This document shows positions 23,093 through 30,665 of a stretch of 56,941 bases of DNA, in pieces. Position 1 is the stretch's first letter. The number at the start of each line of letters is the position of its first letter. A program made the position numbers and the translations under genes. Origin of the DNA: Solirubrobacterales bacterium (GTDB lineage: Bacteria; Actinomycetota; Thermoleophilia; Solirubrobacterales; Solirubrobacteraceae); contig JAPLCG010000064.1 in assembly GCA_026392385.1 (NCBI GenBank), positions 1 through 56,941 on the forward strand. The letters run 5' to 3'. Under the pieces are notes generated by a model. The model did not search any database. It saw only the letters and a program-made list of their open reading frames with translations, and was not told where the DNA came from.

Positions 23093-24268
23093 CTAGGGCC
23101 GGTGCCAGCCGGCGATTATCGTCGCGACCTGATCCTGGTGGTAGCGCGCATTCGATATATCAACGCCGCTCATCATCAGCGCAAAAGCAACCATTTCACC
23201 GTTAGCTGCGGGGCAATAGCCGGCCAGCACACTTATCCGGGTTAGGGTCCCGGTCTTGGCACGGCAGCGACCTGCGGCAGGGCCAGATCGCATTCGGTTC
23301 TCGAGAGTGCCGCTGCGCCCAGCGATAGCGAGCGAGGAGACAAATTCCGGCCTGTTTGAGACTCCTCGCAGTAAATGAATCAGGTTCCGTGGCGTGATTG
23401 AGTTGGCGTACGAGAGTCCGGATCCATCAACCATCTGCGAATGAACATCAAGCTTTGCGAGTCTTGCTCGAGCGACGACTAGGCCGGCTGCCGTTGAGCC
23501 GCGCCCACCCCGTTCAGCGCCGATCCCCTTCATCAGCATCTCTGCCATGTAGCTGTCTGAATGGGTGAGCGTGTGTGCGATCAGCGCCGAGATCGGAGGG
23601 GAGCCGACACGGGCTAGGCGTGGCAGTGATCGCGGCGCGCTCCCGGCCCGGGTGTGGCCGCCGGGGACTGCCACACCGGCGCGTCGCAGTGATTCAGTGA
23701 AGTGAATCGCCGCGGTAGTCGCTGAGGCGTACCGGTCATAGACAAGGGCACCGAGTGAGCCCTCAAGGTACGGGTCAACACCTGGTCCCTGAGCCGGGAC
23801 TCCCCGAATCGCGTCAAAGAAGCCGTCGTCGCCAAGCACGAACCCGGTGACTCGCTTCAGCCCTGCACGGCGCGCCGCCTTCGCAAGGTCGGTTATCCGC
23901 TGCGCGCCGACGGTTGGGTCGCCGCCTCCAACAATGAACAGGTTGCCATGCAGGATTCCACGCCGGTCAATCGGCTTCGTCGTCACTGCGCTGGTGATAA
24001 AACGGTGATTGGCCCCTAGCGACAGCAGGCTAGCTGAGGTTGTCAGCAGTTTTTCGACGGAGCCAGGCGTGCGCGGCGTGTCGGCATGGTGCTCCCAGAG
24101 GCTCCTGTGGGTGGTTAGGTCGTAGGCAATCGCGCTACCGCTGCCGCCGGCCGCATTGAATTGAGAATCGAGTCGCTGGGCCAATGTTGCAGCACTAGCC
24201 GTCTGTGCGGAAGCAGCAAAACTGACTGCGAGCACTGCGGCGATTAGAGCTTTTGCGCGTAAACCCAT
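23093..24268 (-). CDS. dacB: D-alanyl-D-alanine carboxypeptidase/endopeptidase, PBP4 (peptidase S13) family
   Basis: Signal peptide MGLRAKALIAAVLAVSFAASAQTASA. SVEK (SxxK), DGSGLS and KTGT motifs. The ATG at 24268 was preferred over the track start at 24541, whose extra 91 aa are Pro/Arg/Ser junk. Confidence 0.88.
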   Translation of the reverse strand: MGLRAKALIAAVLAVSFAASAQTASAATLAQRLDSQFNAAGGSGSAIAYDLTTHRSLWEHHADTPRTPGSVEKLLTTSASLLSLGANHRFITSAVTTKPIDRRGILHGNLFIVGGGDPTVGAQRITDLAKAARRAGLKRVTGFVLGDDGFFDAIRGVPAQGPGVDPYLEGSLGALVYDRYASATTAAIHFTESLRRAGVAVPGGHTRAGSAPRSLPRLARVGSPPISALIAHTLTHSDSYMAEMLMKGIGAERGGRGSTAAGLVVARARLAKLDVHSQMVDGSGLSYANSITPRNLIHLLRGVSNRPEFVSSLAIAGRSGTLENRMRSGPAAGRCRAKTGTLTRISVLAGYCPAANGEMVAFALMMSGVDISNARYHQDQVATIIAGWHRP

Positions 24269-24281
24269 CTTCGAAGAATGA

Positions 24282-25622
24282 TTGCAGCGCCAGTCGGCAT
24301 CAGCGCTGGTAATGATCTCTCTCACTTGCCGGGGCCATACCTCTAAACTGGTTCTAGTGGGCAAGGTCGTTGACATAGACCAAGCAGGCACCAAGCGGCG
24401 CGCTAGGCGCGGGCCAGCGCAGGGTCGTAATCGACCCTCAAAAACTGCGCTCGTGCTCGGTGGTGGTGGCTTCACTGGTGGCGTATACGAAATCGGAGCT
24501 TTGCGTGCGCTTGATCTTCTTTCGGTTAACAGCAATGTCAACCAGTTTGATGTCTATGTAGGGACCAGCGCAGGCTCGTTTGTCGCTGCACTGACGGCTA
24601 ATGGCGTCACGCCAGAAGAGATGATGCGCGTCGTCGTCCGTCAGGCGCCGGTTCCCTTCCGTGACATCGATGTCGGGACCCTGATGCGCCCTAACTGGCG
24701 TGAGATGCTCGTCGGCTCGGCAACGATGCCAATCAAGCTGCTTGGTCTGGCAAAGGAACTCGCAACCCATATGGGCTCCGTTACAGCAATGGACGTTGTC
24801 TTTGGGCTTGCCGAGACGCTTCCTTCGGGGCTCTACAGCAACGCCGGAATCGAGAGCTACATGCGCGAGGTTCTCGGTGACCCAGATCGCAGCAACGACT
24901 TCCGTCAGGTTGACCGCGAGCTATATATCGCCGCAACCGACCTCGACTCCTGTGAGCGCGTCGTCTTTGGCTCGAAGGGCTGGGACGACATCCCAATCAG
25001 CACGGCCGTCCAAGCCTCTACCGCCCTGCCAATGGTCTACCGGCCGGTGGAGGTCAAGGATCGTGAGCTGATTGACGGTGGAATCGTCTCAACAACGAAT
25101 ATCGATATCGCCGTTGAGGCTGGCGCAAAATTCATTGTTGTCGTCAACCCGCTGGTTCCGTATGTCAATGACTTGGAAAGCCCAGCGGCTGGCGGTGGGC
25201 GTCGACCACGGGTCTCTGAGATGGGCTTCCCACACATCGGGTATCAGACATTCAAGCTGCTGGCCTATCAACGTCTTCACGAGATGGCTAGGCAGTGGGA
25301 GGATCGCTATCCGGGCGTTGACATCATCCTCGTAGAACCTGCGGCCGATGATTCACTGATGTTCACAACGAACGTCATGAACTTCTCTGCACGACTTGAC
25401 ATCGCTCGCCACGGCTTCCAGTCAGTCACGCTGAAGCTCTCTGATGATTATGAGAAGTTCAAGCGCACTGCGGCGCGGCACGGTATTGAGATCTCCGCCA
25501 CGCGGGTGCGCAAGGTTGTCAAACACTTCACCGAGGACGAGGCGCGAGCAAGTGCCTGGCGTCGGATTCTCGAGCAGACGACCTCAACGCTGCTTCGCCA
25601 GTCAGCTGACGAGCGCGGTTAG
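24282..25622 (+). CDS. Patatin-like phospholipase family protein
   Basis: LGGGGFTGGVYEIGALRAL (oxyanion GxGxxG), GTSAGS (GxSxG) and LIDGGI (catalytic Asp). The start is uncertain: TTG 24282, ATG 24312 or GTG 24357. Confidence 0.85.
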   Translation: MQRQSASALVMISLTCRGHTSKLVLVGKVVDIDQAGTKRRARRGPAQGRNRPSKTALVLGGGGFTGGVYEIGALRALDLLSVNSNVNQFDVYVGTSAGSFVAALTANGVTPEEMMRVVVRQAPVPFRDIDVGTLMRPNWREMLVGSATMPIKLLGLAKELATHMGSVTAMDVVFGLAETLPSGLYSNAGIESYMREVLGDPDRSNDFRQVDRELYIAATDLDSCERVVFGSKGWDDIPISTAVQASTALPMVYRPVEVKDRELIDGGIVSTTNIDIAVEAGAKFIVVVNPLVPYVNDLESPAAGGGRRPRVSEMGFPHIGYQTFKLLAYQRLHEMARQWEDRYPGVDIILVEPAADDSLMFTTNVMNFSARLDIARHGFQSVTLKLSDDYEKFKRTAARHGIEISATRVRKVVKHFTEDEARASAWRRILEQTTSTLLRQSADERG

Positions 25623-26737
25623 GCGCTCGAAGCGTCCCGCAGTGCTTCGATCAAGCGATCGGTCGCCGCTTCACTGCCGCTAATCGTTGCCCGAATGTGT
25701 TCATCGGCACCGACTGCTGAGCCGTCAGTCACCTTCACCCCAGCAGCACGCATCCGCTCGCTGAGCGTCAGGCTCTTAACGCCGGGCAGGCGCGCCCAAA
25801 TGAAGTTGGCGCTGGAGTTTGAAAACTCAACGGCGCTTCCAGCCAGCTGTTGCTCAACTCTTGCGCGTTCGCGTCTGACGGCCGTAACACGGCGATCAAC
25901 ATGCTTGCCGGTGTTCTCCAGAGCAGCTAGCGCACCGGCCTCCGACGGGGCAGGAACGCCAAGCAGAGGGGCGAGCCTTGTGATCAGTGGCTCTCCGTCC
26001 TCGCCAGTGATCAGCCAGCCAACTCGCAGGCTTGATAGTCCCCATGCCTTTGATAGCGACCGAATCAGGACAATGCCGCTCGTTTGCGAGACGAGCTTGG
26101 CGGTTGCATCCATGTGGTCGCGGCCAGCGTAATCAACAAGTGCCTCGTCGACGACGAGCAGAGTCTGATCGTTGAGCTCTTCGCGCAGGGCTGCAAGGTA
26201 GTCGGCGCTCAGCAGATTTCCGTCTGGGTCGTTTGGATTACAGAGCATCAGAACCCGCGACATTGGCCGGCCGTTAACCGACTCAGCGAGCTCGGCTGGA
26301 TCGGTCGAGTGTTCTACTGGAATGGCATCGGCACCGGCTGCGGCTGCGGCAATCGGATAGAGCGGGTAGGAGGGCCATGGCGTGACCAGTTCGTCGCCTG
26401 GTTTTAGTGTCGCCGCGGCTATCGCTCCAATTAGCCCAGTCGCGCCATTACCAACGCCAACCTGACGGTGGGGAGTATTGCTTAGGCTTGCGAGCTGATC
26501 GCGCAGTTCGGTTGAGAGCGGGTCAGGTGCGAGGTTGAGTGCCCGCTTGGCAGCAAAGGAAATTGCTGCGACAACCTCTCCGGCAGGCATCTCATCGCCC
26601 GTTGTTTCGGTCAGGTCGAGAGTTTCAACCCGTTCAAGTTCGCGGGCGCGACGATCTTCGGCTCGGGCACGGAACCCCTCCCTTACCTCGGAATCGGTCA
26701 GTTCACTGAATCGCCGGTAGCGGTCGAGTAGGCCCAT
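25619..26737 (-). CDS. Class I/II PLP aminotransferase, histidinol-phosphate aminotransferase-like
   Basis: NPNDPDG and SLSKAWGLSSLRVGW (PLP lysine) motifs typical of the HisC/CobD group. It overlaps the patatin gene's 3' end by 4 nt. Substrate not assignable. Confidence 0.8.
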   Translation of the reverse strand: MGLLDRYRRFSELTDSEVREGFRARAEDRRARELERVETLDLTETTGDEMPAGEVVAAISFAAKRALNLAPDPLSTELRDQLASLSNTPHRQVGVGNGATGLIGAIAAATLKPGDELVTPWPSYPLYPIAAAAAGADAIPVEHSTDPAELAESVNGRPMSRVLMLCNPNDPDGNLLSADYLAALREELNDQTLLVVDEALVDYAGRDHMDATAKLVSQTSGIVLIRSLSKAWGLSSLRVGWLITGEDGEPLITRLAPLLGVPAPSEAGALAALENTGKHVDRRVTAVRRERARVEQQLAGSAVEFSNSSANFIWARLPGVKSLTLSERMRAAGVKVTDGSAVGADEHIRATISGSEAATDRLIEALRDASSA

Positions 26738-26749
26738 TGACCAACCAAT

Positions 26750-27226
26750 CTAGAAGTGAATGCCGACAGGCGCCAACTCTGCGCCGCTAAAGAAGATCAG
26801 CCAGATCGAGAAGCTAACGGCTCCAATCGCGCAGGTCGTTGCGAAAACCGCTCCGAGAATCCCGTCCCGCTGGTCATGCCCTGCGGCGCGGCGGACAAGA
26901 ATCCAGCTGCGGTCCATTCGCTTCAGAACCATTAGCGCGCCCAGCAGGATTCCAAGAATCAGCAGGAAAGCGCAGAGAATCCCAAGGCTGGGTGAGTCGG
27001 TTAGGTACTGGATCTGCGACCCAACCCAGAGCGCAAGCAGTGGCACCGGCCCCCAGAAGGTCAGCGAGATGATCACCATTGCAAGCAGAATAAGCGCTGC
27101 TAGGCAGGCGTCAAAACGGCGGCGAGCGCGTGAGCCTGGCGGCGGAAGCGCCCGGTATCTGACCGGTCCCGTGCCCGGACGCCGACCGACGAACATGCCT
27201 CCAGTGTCGGTCGGGTCGGTCTTCAC
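26750..27226 (-). CDS. Hypothetical membrane protein
   Basis: 158 aa with three or four hydrophobic helices (for example LAALILLAMVIISLTFWGPVPLLALWVG and LGILCAFLLILGILLGALMVL). No family recognised. Confidence 0.6.
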   Translation of the reverse strand: MKTDPTDTGGMFVGRRPGTGPVRYRALPPPGSRARRRFDACLAALILLAMVIISLTFWGPVPLLALWVGSQIQYLTDSPSLGILCAFLLILGILLGALMVLKRMDRSWILVRRAAGHDQRDGILGAVFATTCAIGAVSFSIWLIFFSGAELAPVGIHF

Positions 27227-27239
27227 CGCATGCCTTTCT

Positions 27240-29036
27240 TTATGGCCCGTAGAGAGCGTCGAAGCGGTCGGCGTACTTCTCGTTGACGACGTTTCGCTTG
27301 ACCTTGAGCGTTGGTGTCAGTTCGCCAGTTTCCTGCGTCAGGTCATGTTCGAGAATGAAGAACTTCTTGACCTGCTCCACCTGCGCGTACTTTGAGTTTG
27401 CCGCGTCAAGCGTTTCCTGAATCATGGCGATTACCTTTGGCTCAACTGCCAGCGAGGCGATGTCGGTCGGCAGGCCATTCTGCTCGGCCCACGGAATGAT
27501 CTCCTCCTCATCGAGCGTTACGAGCATTGATGGGAAGGCGCGCTTGTCGCCGTGCATCATTGCCTGCGACACCCATCGCGACTGCTTCATGTCGTTCTCA
27601 ATGTTGGCGGGCGTGAGGTTCTTGCCACCAGCCGTAATGATGATGTCCTTCTTGCGGCCGGTGATCTTCAGGTAACCGTCCTGATCAACGCTTCCAACAT
27701 CACCGGTGTGGAGCCAACCATCGATTACTGCGCCGAACGAAGCGTCATCGTTCTTGTAGTAGCCGTTGAAGATGTTGCCACCCTTGATCAGGATCTCGTC
27801 GTCCTCAGCGGCAATTTTCAGTTCAACGCCGGGAAGAGCGCGGCCAACTGTCCCGAACTTGTGGTGCTCAATTGAGGAATAGGTGGCGATCGTCGCCGTT
27901 TCGGTCATTCCGTAGCCCTCAAGTACTGGAACTCCGCAGGCCCAGAAGAACTCGAGGATCTCCTGTGCGATCGGCGCAGCACCAGTAACGGCCTGGCGAA
28001 CATTGCCGCCGAAGGCTGCACGGACATTCTTGAACAGCCGCTCCTCAGCTTGGGCAAATGGCTCGGCCAGCTCGGCCGGGATCTCTTGTCCCGCTACCTG
28101 CAGGTCGCGTACCTTGGCGCCAACTGCTACCGCCTTCTTGAGCAGCTCAGGGTCCTCGGCGTTAGCCGTGACCATCGTGTAGATCTTCTCGAAGACACGC
28201 GGAACGCTTGGGAAGTAGGTCGGTTTAACCTCTGAAAGCTCGCCGATAATCGCCTTTGTGTCGCCGCCAAAGTAGGCGATCGTGCCGCCGACATCGAAGG
28301 AGATCAGCTGAATCAGCAGAGCAAACGAGTGCGCAAGCGGCAGGTACAGGTAAGTCGTCTCGCCGCCAGCGAGCACATCGAGTGACGCACACATTGAAAG
28401 CACGCTTCGGTAGTTGCCGTGCGTGAGCACGCAGCCCTTAGGTGGCCCTGTCGTGCCGGAGGTGTAAATGAAGGTGAACGGATCGTCTGGTGTGACTGCG
28501 TCGGTCCGTGCCTTGAGCGTTGCGTCGTCAACACTCGCACCGCTCGATCGGAGATCATCAATGCTGATCGCGTCGGCGGTATCGCCAGCAGGGTTGATCA
28601 CGATGATGTGCTCAAGTTTTGGTAGCCGCTCACGAACCTCTGTGATCTTGGCGATCTGTTCAGCGTCTTCGCAGATAATCGCTACTGCTTCTGAGTTGCC
28701 GACTACCCACTCGCACTCTTCCGGAGCGTTTGTCGGGTAGATCGGAACGACAACGCATCCAGCTGTTGTGATCGCGAAGTCGGAATAGGTCCACTCGGGG
28801 CGTGTTGAGGAGAGGATGCAGACACGTTCGCCAGCCTCAATGCCTAGCGCAATCAATCCCTTGCTGATCTCATTGGCGATCACGCCAACCTCAGCAAGTG
28901 TCACGTCATGCCAACTGCCGTCCTGCTTGTACTTGACGGCGATCATCTCCGGGTTACGTTCAACTGCGAGGCCAAGCATGTCGGCCATCGTCTTTGAACC
29001 GGTCGTCACTGCTGAACCTGCGCCTGTGGCCTCCAT
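27240..29036 (-). CDS. fadD: Long-chain acyl-CoA synthetase (AMP-forming, FadD15-like)
   Basis: YTSGTTGPPKG AMP-binding motif, GYGMTE, TGDVG and KVKR. GGAGAGGAG Shine-Dalgarno before the ATG. Confidence 0.92.
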   Translation of the reverse strand: MEATGAGSAVTTGSKTMADMLGLAVERNPEMIAVKYKQDGSWHDVTLAEVGVIANEISKGLIALGIEAGERVCILSSTRPEWTYSDFAITTAGCVVVPIYPTNAPEECEWVVGNSEAVAIICEDAEQIAKITEVRERLPKLEHIIVINPAGDTADAISIDDLRSSGASVDDATLKARTDAVTPDDPFTFIYTSGTTGPPKGCVLTHGNYRSVLSMCASLDVLAGGETTYLYLPLAHSFALLIQLISFDVGGTIAYFGGDTKAIIGELSEVKPTYFPSVPRVFEKIYTMVTANAEDPELLKKAVAVGAKVRDLQVAGQEIPAELAEPFAQAEERLFKNVRAAFGGNVRQAVTGAAPIAQEILEFFWACGVPVLEGYGMTETATIATYSSIEHHKFGTVGRALPGVELKIAAEDDEILIKGGNIFNGYYKNDDASFGAVIDGWLHTGDVGSVDQDGYLKITGRKKDIIITAGGKNLTPANIENDMKQSRWVSQAMMHGDKRAFPSMLVTLDEEEIIPWAEQNGLPTDIASLAVEPKVIAMIQETLDAANSKYAQVEQVKKFFILEHDLTQETGELTPTLKVKRNVVNEKYADRFDALYGP

Positions 29037-29125
29037 GAATCTCCTCTCCCAAGGTTTAAACTGCAGTCCTCGGAGTGTAGAGCGCGACGAGCGATAAGGG
29101 CGTCAGGAATGTGTCGCTGCGCTGC

Positions 29126-29308
29126 TCACAAAGGCGGTTTAGATGCCAACTCTGAGCGCTCCACATCTCGCAGGTTGAGCATGAACAGCGTTTTGTCAAT
29201 CCGTCCATGCAGGACGGGGATTGACATCTTGCGACAGGTACTGAGGACTTCGCCCCGCTCCATTCCGACGAGTCGTCCAAGTTCGGTTGGCGTCACATGG
29301 TGTGGCAT
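29126..29308 (-). CDS. Small hypothetical protein, possible helix-turn-helix
   Basis: 60 aa. Excellent GGAGGT Shine-Dalgarno 5 nt before the ATG. VTPTELGRLVGMERGEVLSTCRKMSIP resembles an HTH, but no family is recognised. Confidence 0.55.
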   Translation of the reverse strand: MPHHVTPTELGRLVGMERGEVLSTCRKMSIPVLHGRIDKTLFMLNLRDVERSELASKPPL

Positions 29309-29415
29309 TGGTTACCTCCGTTAGTCGGCTGCTGTAGAACCCTCCTATCGACTGATGATAATTCGCACAAGAAAAGGTTGGCTAAATCGTCGCAACTAGC
29401 GACTTTTAGTCGGGC

Positions 29416-30174
29416 TCAGACTGGGTTATCGATATTTACGAACTGGTGGGTCAGTCCGTAGCGTTCGGCGATCAGTTCGCCAAGCCGCTTGATCCCAAAG
29501 GTCTCAGTGGCGTGATGGCCGGCGCAGATCAGATCGATGCCGGCTTCGGCCGCGAGCGGAACAGCATGCTCCGAGGGCTCTCCCGTCAGAAGTCCGTCAA
29601 GACCAAGTTCGGCGATCGCTGGCACGGAGCTCGCAGCCGCACCGCTTACGATCCCCAGGCGTTTGATCGGCGAGCTGCAGTTGAGCAGCGCAAGTGGGGG
29701 CCTGCCGCAGAGTGCCTCGACCCGCGCGACAAGCTCATTAGCTTCGATTCCGCCGGCGAAGGCAGCTACAACGCCAATCTCCCGACCCTTAACGGCACAG
29801 CAGCGGCCAGTGACTTCGGCGCCAAGTCCCTTGGCGAGTAGCGCGTTGTTGCCGATTTCCGGATGAGCGTCAAGCGGAAGGTGGTACTGGGCCAGCGCAA
29901 GGTCATTGGTCAGAAGCGCCTTCAATCGTGCCGCCTGGAGGCGGTCAATCCTTCCGCCTGCGCCGTGAAGGATCCCATGGTGGGTGATCACAAGACCGGC
30001 GCCAAGATCCGCAGCAGCCTCAAAAAGTTCAAGCCGGGCTGTCACGCCGGTGACGATCGTGTCCGTCTCCGTGCGACCCGGCAACTGCAAACCATTTGGT
30101 GACCAGTCGTCGAACGCTGCCGCGTCGAGCAGCGTGTCGCAGAAGTTGATTATTTCGTCGATCTCTGTCGGCAT
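29416..30174 (-). CDS. NIF3/YbgI-family dinuclear metal-centre protein
   Basis: WSPNGLQLPG, VITHHGI and CAGHHATE motifs. ATG at 30174 (MPTEIDEII) preferred over the track start at 30213. Confidence 0.88.
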   Translation of the reverse strand: MPTEIDEIINFCDTLLDAAAFDDWSPNGLQLPGRTETDTIVTGVTARLELFEAAADLGAGLVITHHGILHGAGGRIDRLQAARLKALLTNDLALAQYHLPLDAHPEIGNNALLAKGLGAEVTGRCCAVKGREIGVVAAFAGGIEANELVARVEALCGRPPLALLNCSSPIKRLGIVSGAAASSVPAIAELGLDGLLTGEPSEHAVPLAAEAGIDLICAGHHATETFGIKRLGELIAERYGLTHQFVNIDNPV

Positions 30175-30212
30175 GTGCGCAAGCCTAGCCCGGTCGGTAC
30201 GCTCCCGTAGCA

Positions 30213-30470
30213 ATGGTTGCCGAGGGAAGCAGTTCAGGGACTAGCGAGGATTTCCTCTCCTCGTTGATGGATACGCGCCTCTACTCAATTGGCGCCTACT
30301 TCTGTGATCAGCATCCTGAACTCGTTGACGACGTGATCACCGAGGCTGCCGCGATTGAGTCCGCTGGTCTCGAACACTACGCTCGCCAGCAAGGCGAACC
30401 GGTTGAGGCACTTTTCAACACGCTCCTTACTGGGCTTGCAGTCCGTTATTACAAGGCTGTTGCTGGCTAA
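30213..30470 (+). CDS. Hypothetical protein
   Basis: 85-aa ORF divergent from the NIF3 gene, with moderately coding-like codon usage. No motif recognised. An alternative ATG lies at 30267. Confidence 0.4.
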   Translation: MVAEGSSSGTSEDFLSSLMDTRLYSIGAYFCDQHPELVDDVITEAAAIESAGLEHYARQQGEPVEALFNTLLTGLAVRYYKAVAG

Positions 30471-30538
30471 GCAACTGGTCGGAGTGTCGGTTCCTAGTCG
30501 CTTGCGTAGGATGTGCGGGAGGCTTGTTTCGCCAACAT

Positions 30539-30612
30539 CGGGGCGTAGCGCAGCCTGGTAGCGCGCACCGTTCGGGACGGTGAGGTCCCGGGTTCAAATC
30601 CCGGCGCCCCGA
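30539..30612 (+). tRNA. tRNA-Pro (anticodon CGG)
   Basis: Hand-folded 74-nt cloverleaf. Acceptor CGGGGCG/CGCCCCG plus A, D-arm GCGC-AGCCTGGTA-GCGC, anticodon arm CACCG-TTCGGGA-CGGTG, T-arm CCGGG-TTCAAAT-CCCGG. CCA is not encoded. Confidence 0.93.
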
Positions 30613-30617
30613 TTTTC

Positions 30618-30660
30618 AGGGCCTCCGCGGCGCACAGCCTCGGGGCCCTTTCGTTTTTCT
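30618..30660 (+). terminator. Intrinsic terminator after tRNA-Pro
   Basis: AGGGCC(TC)...(GG)GGCCCT stem at 30618-30649, followed by TTTCGTTTTTCTTTC. Confidence 0.55.
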
Positions 30661-30665
30661 TTCGC

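Noticed and set aside
24269-24541. A 91-aa N-terminal extension of the PBP4 ORF, overlapping the patatin gene start.
   Set aside because: The extension is Pro/Arg/Ser-rich and precedes an obvious signal peptide that starts at the ATG at 24268.
24282-25622. The patatin-like lipase as an effector of a CBASS-like or other defence system.
   Set aside because: There is no cyclase, sensor, NTPase or other partner gene nearby. The neighbours are PBP4 and an aminotransferase, so it looks like a housekeeping lipase.
26760-27395. A 211-aa plus-strand ORF across the membrane-protein gene and the 3' end of fadD.
   Set aside because: This is a shadow ORF antisense to well-supported genes, with an Arg/Ser/Pro-rich translation.
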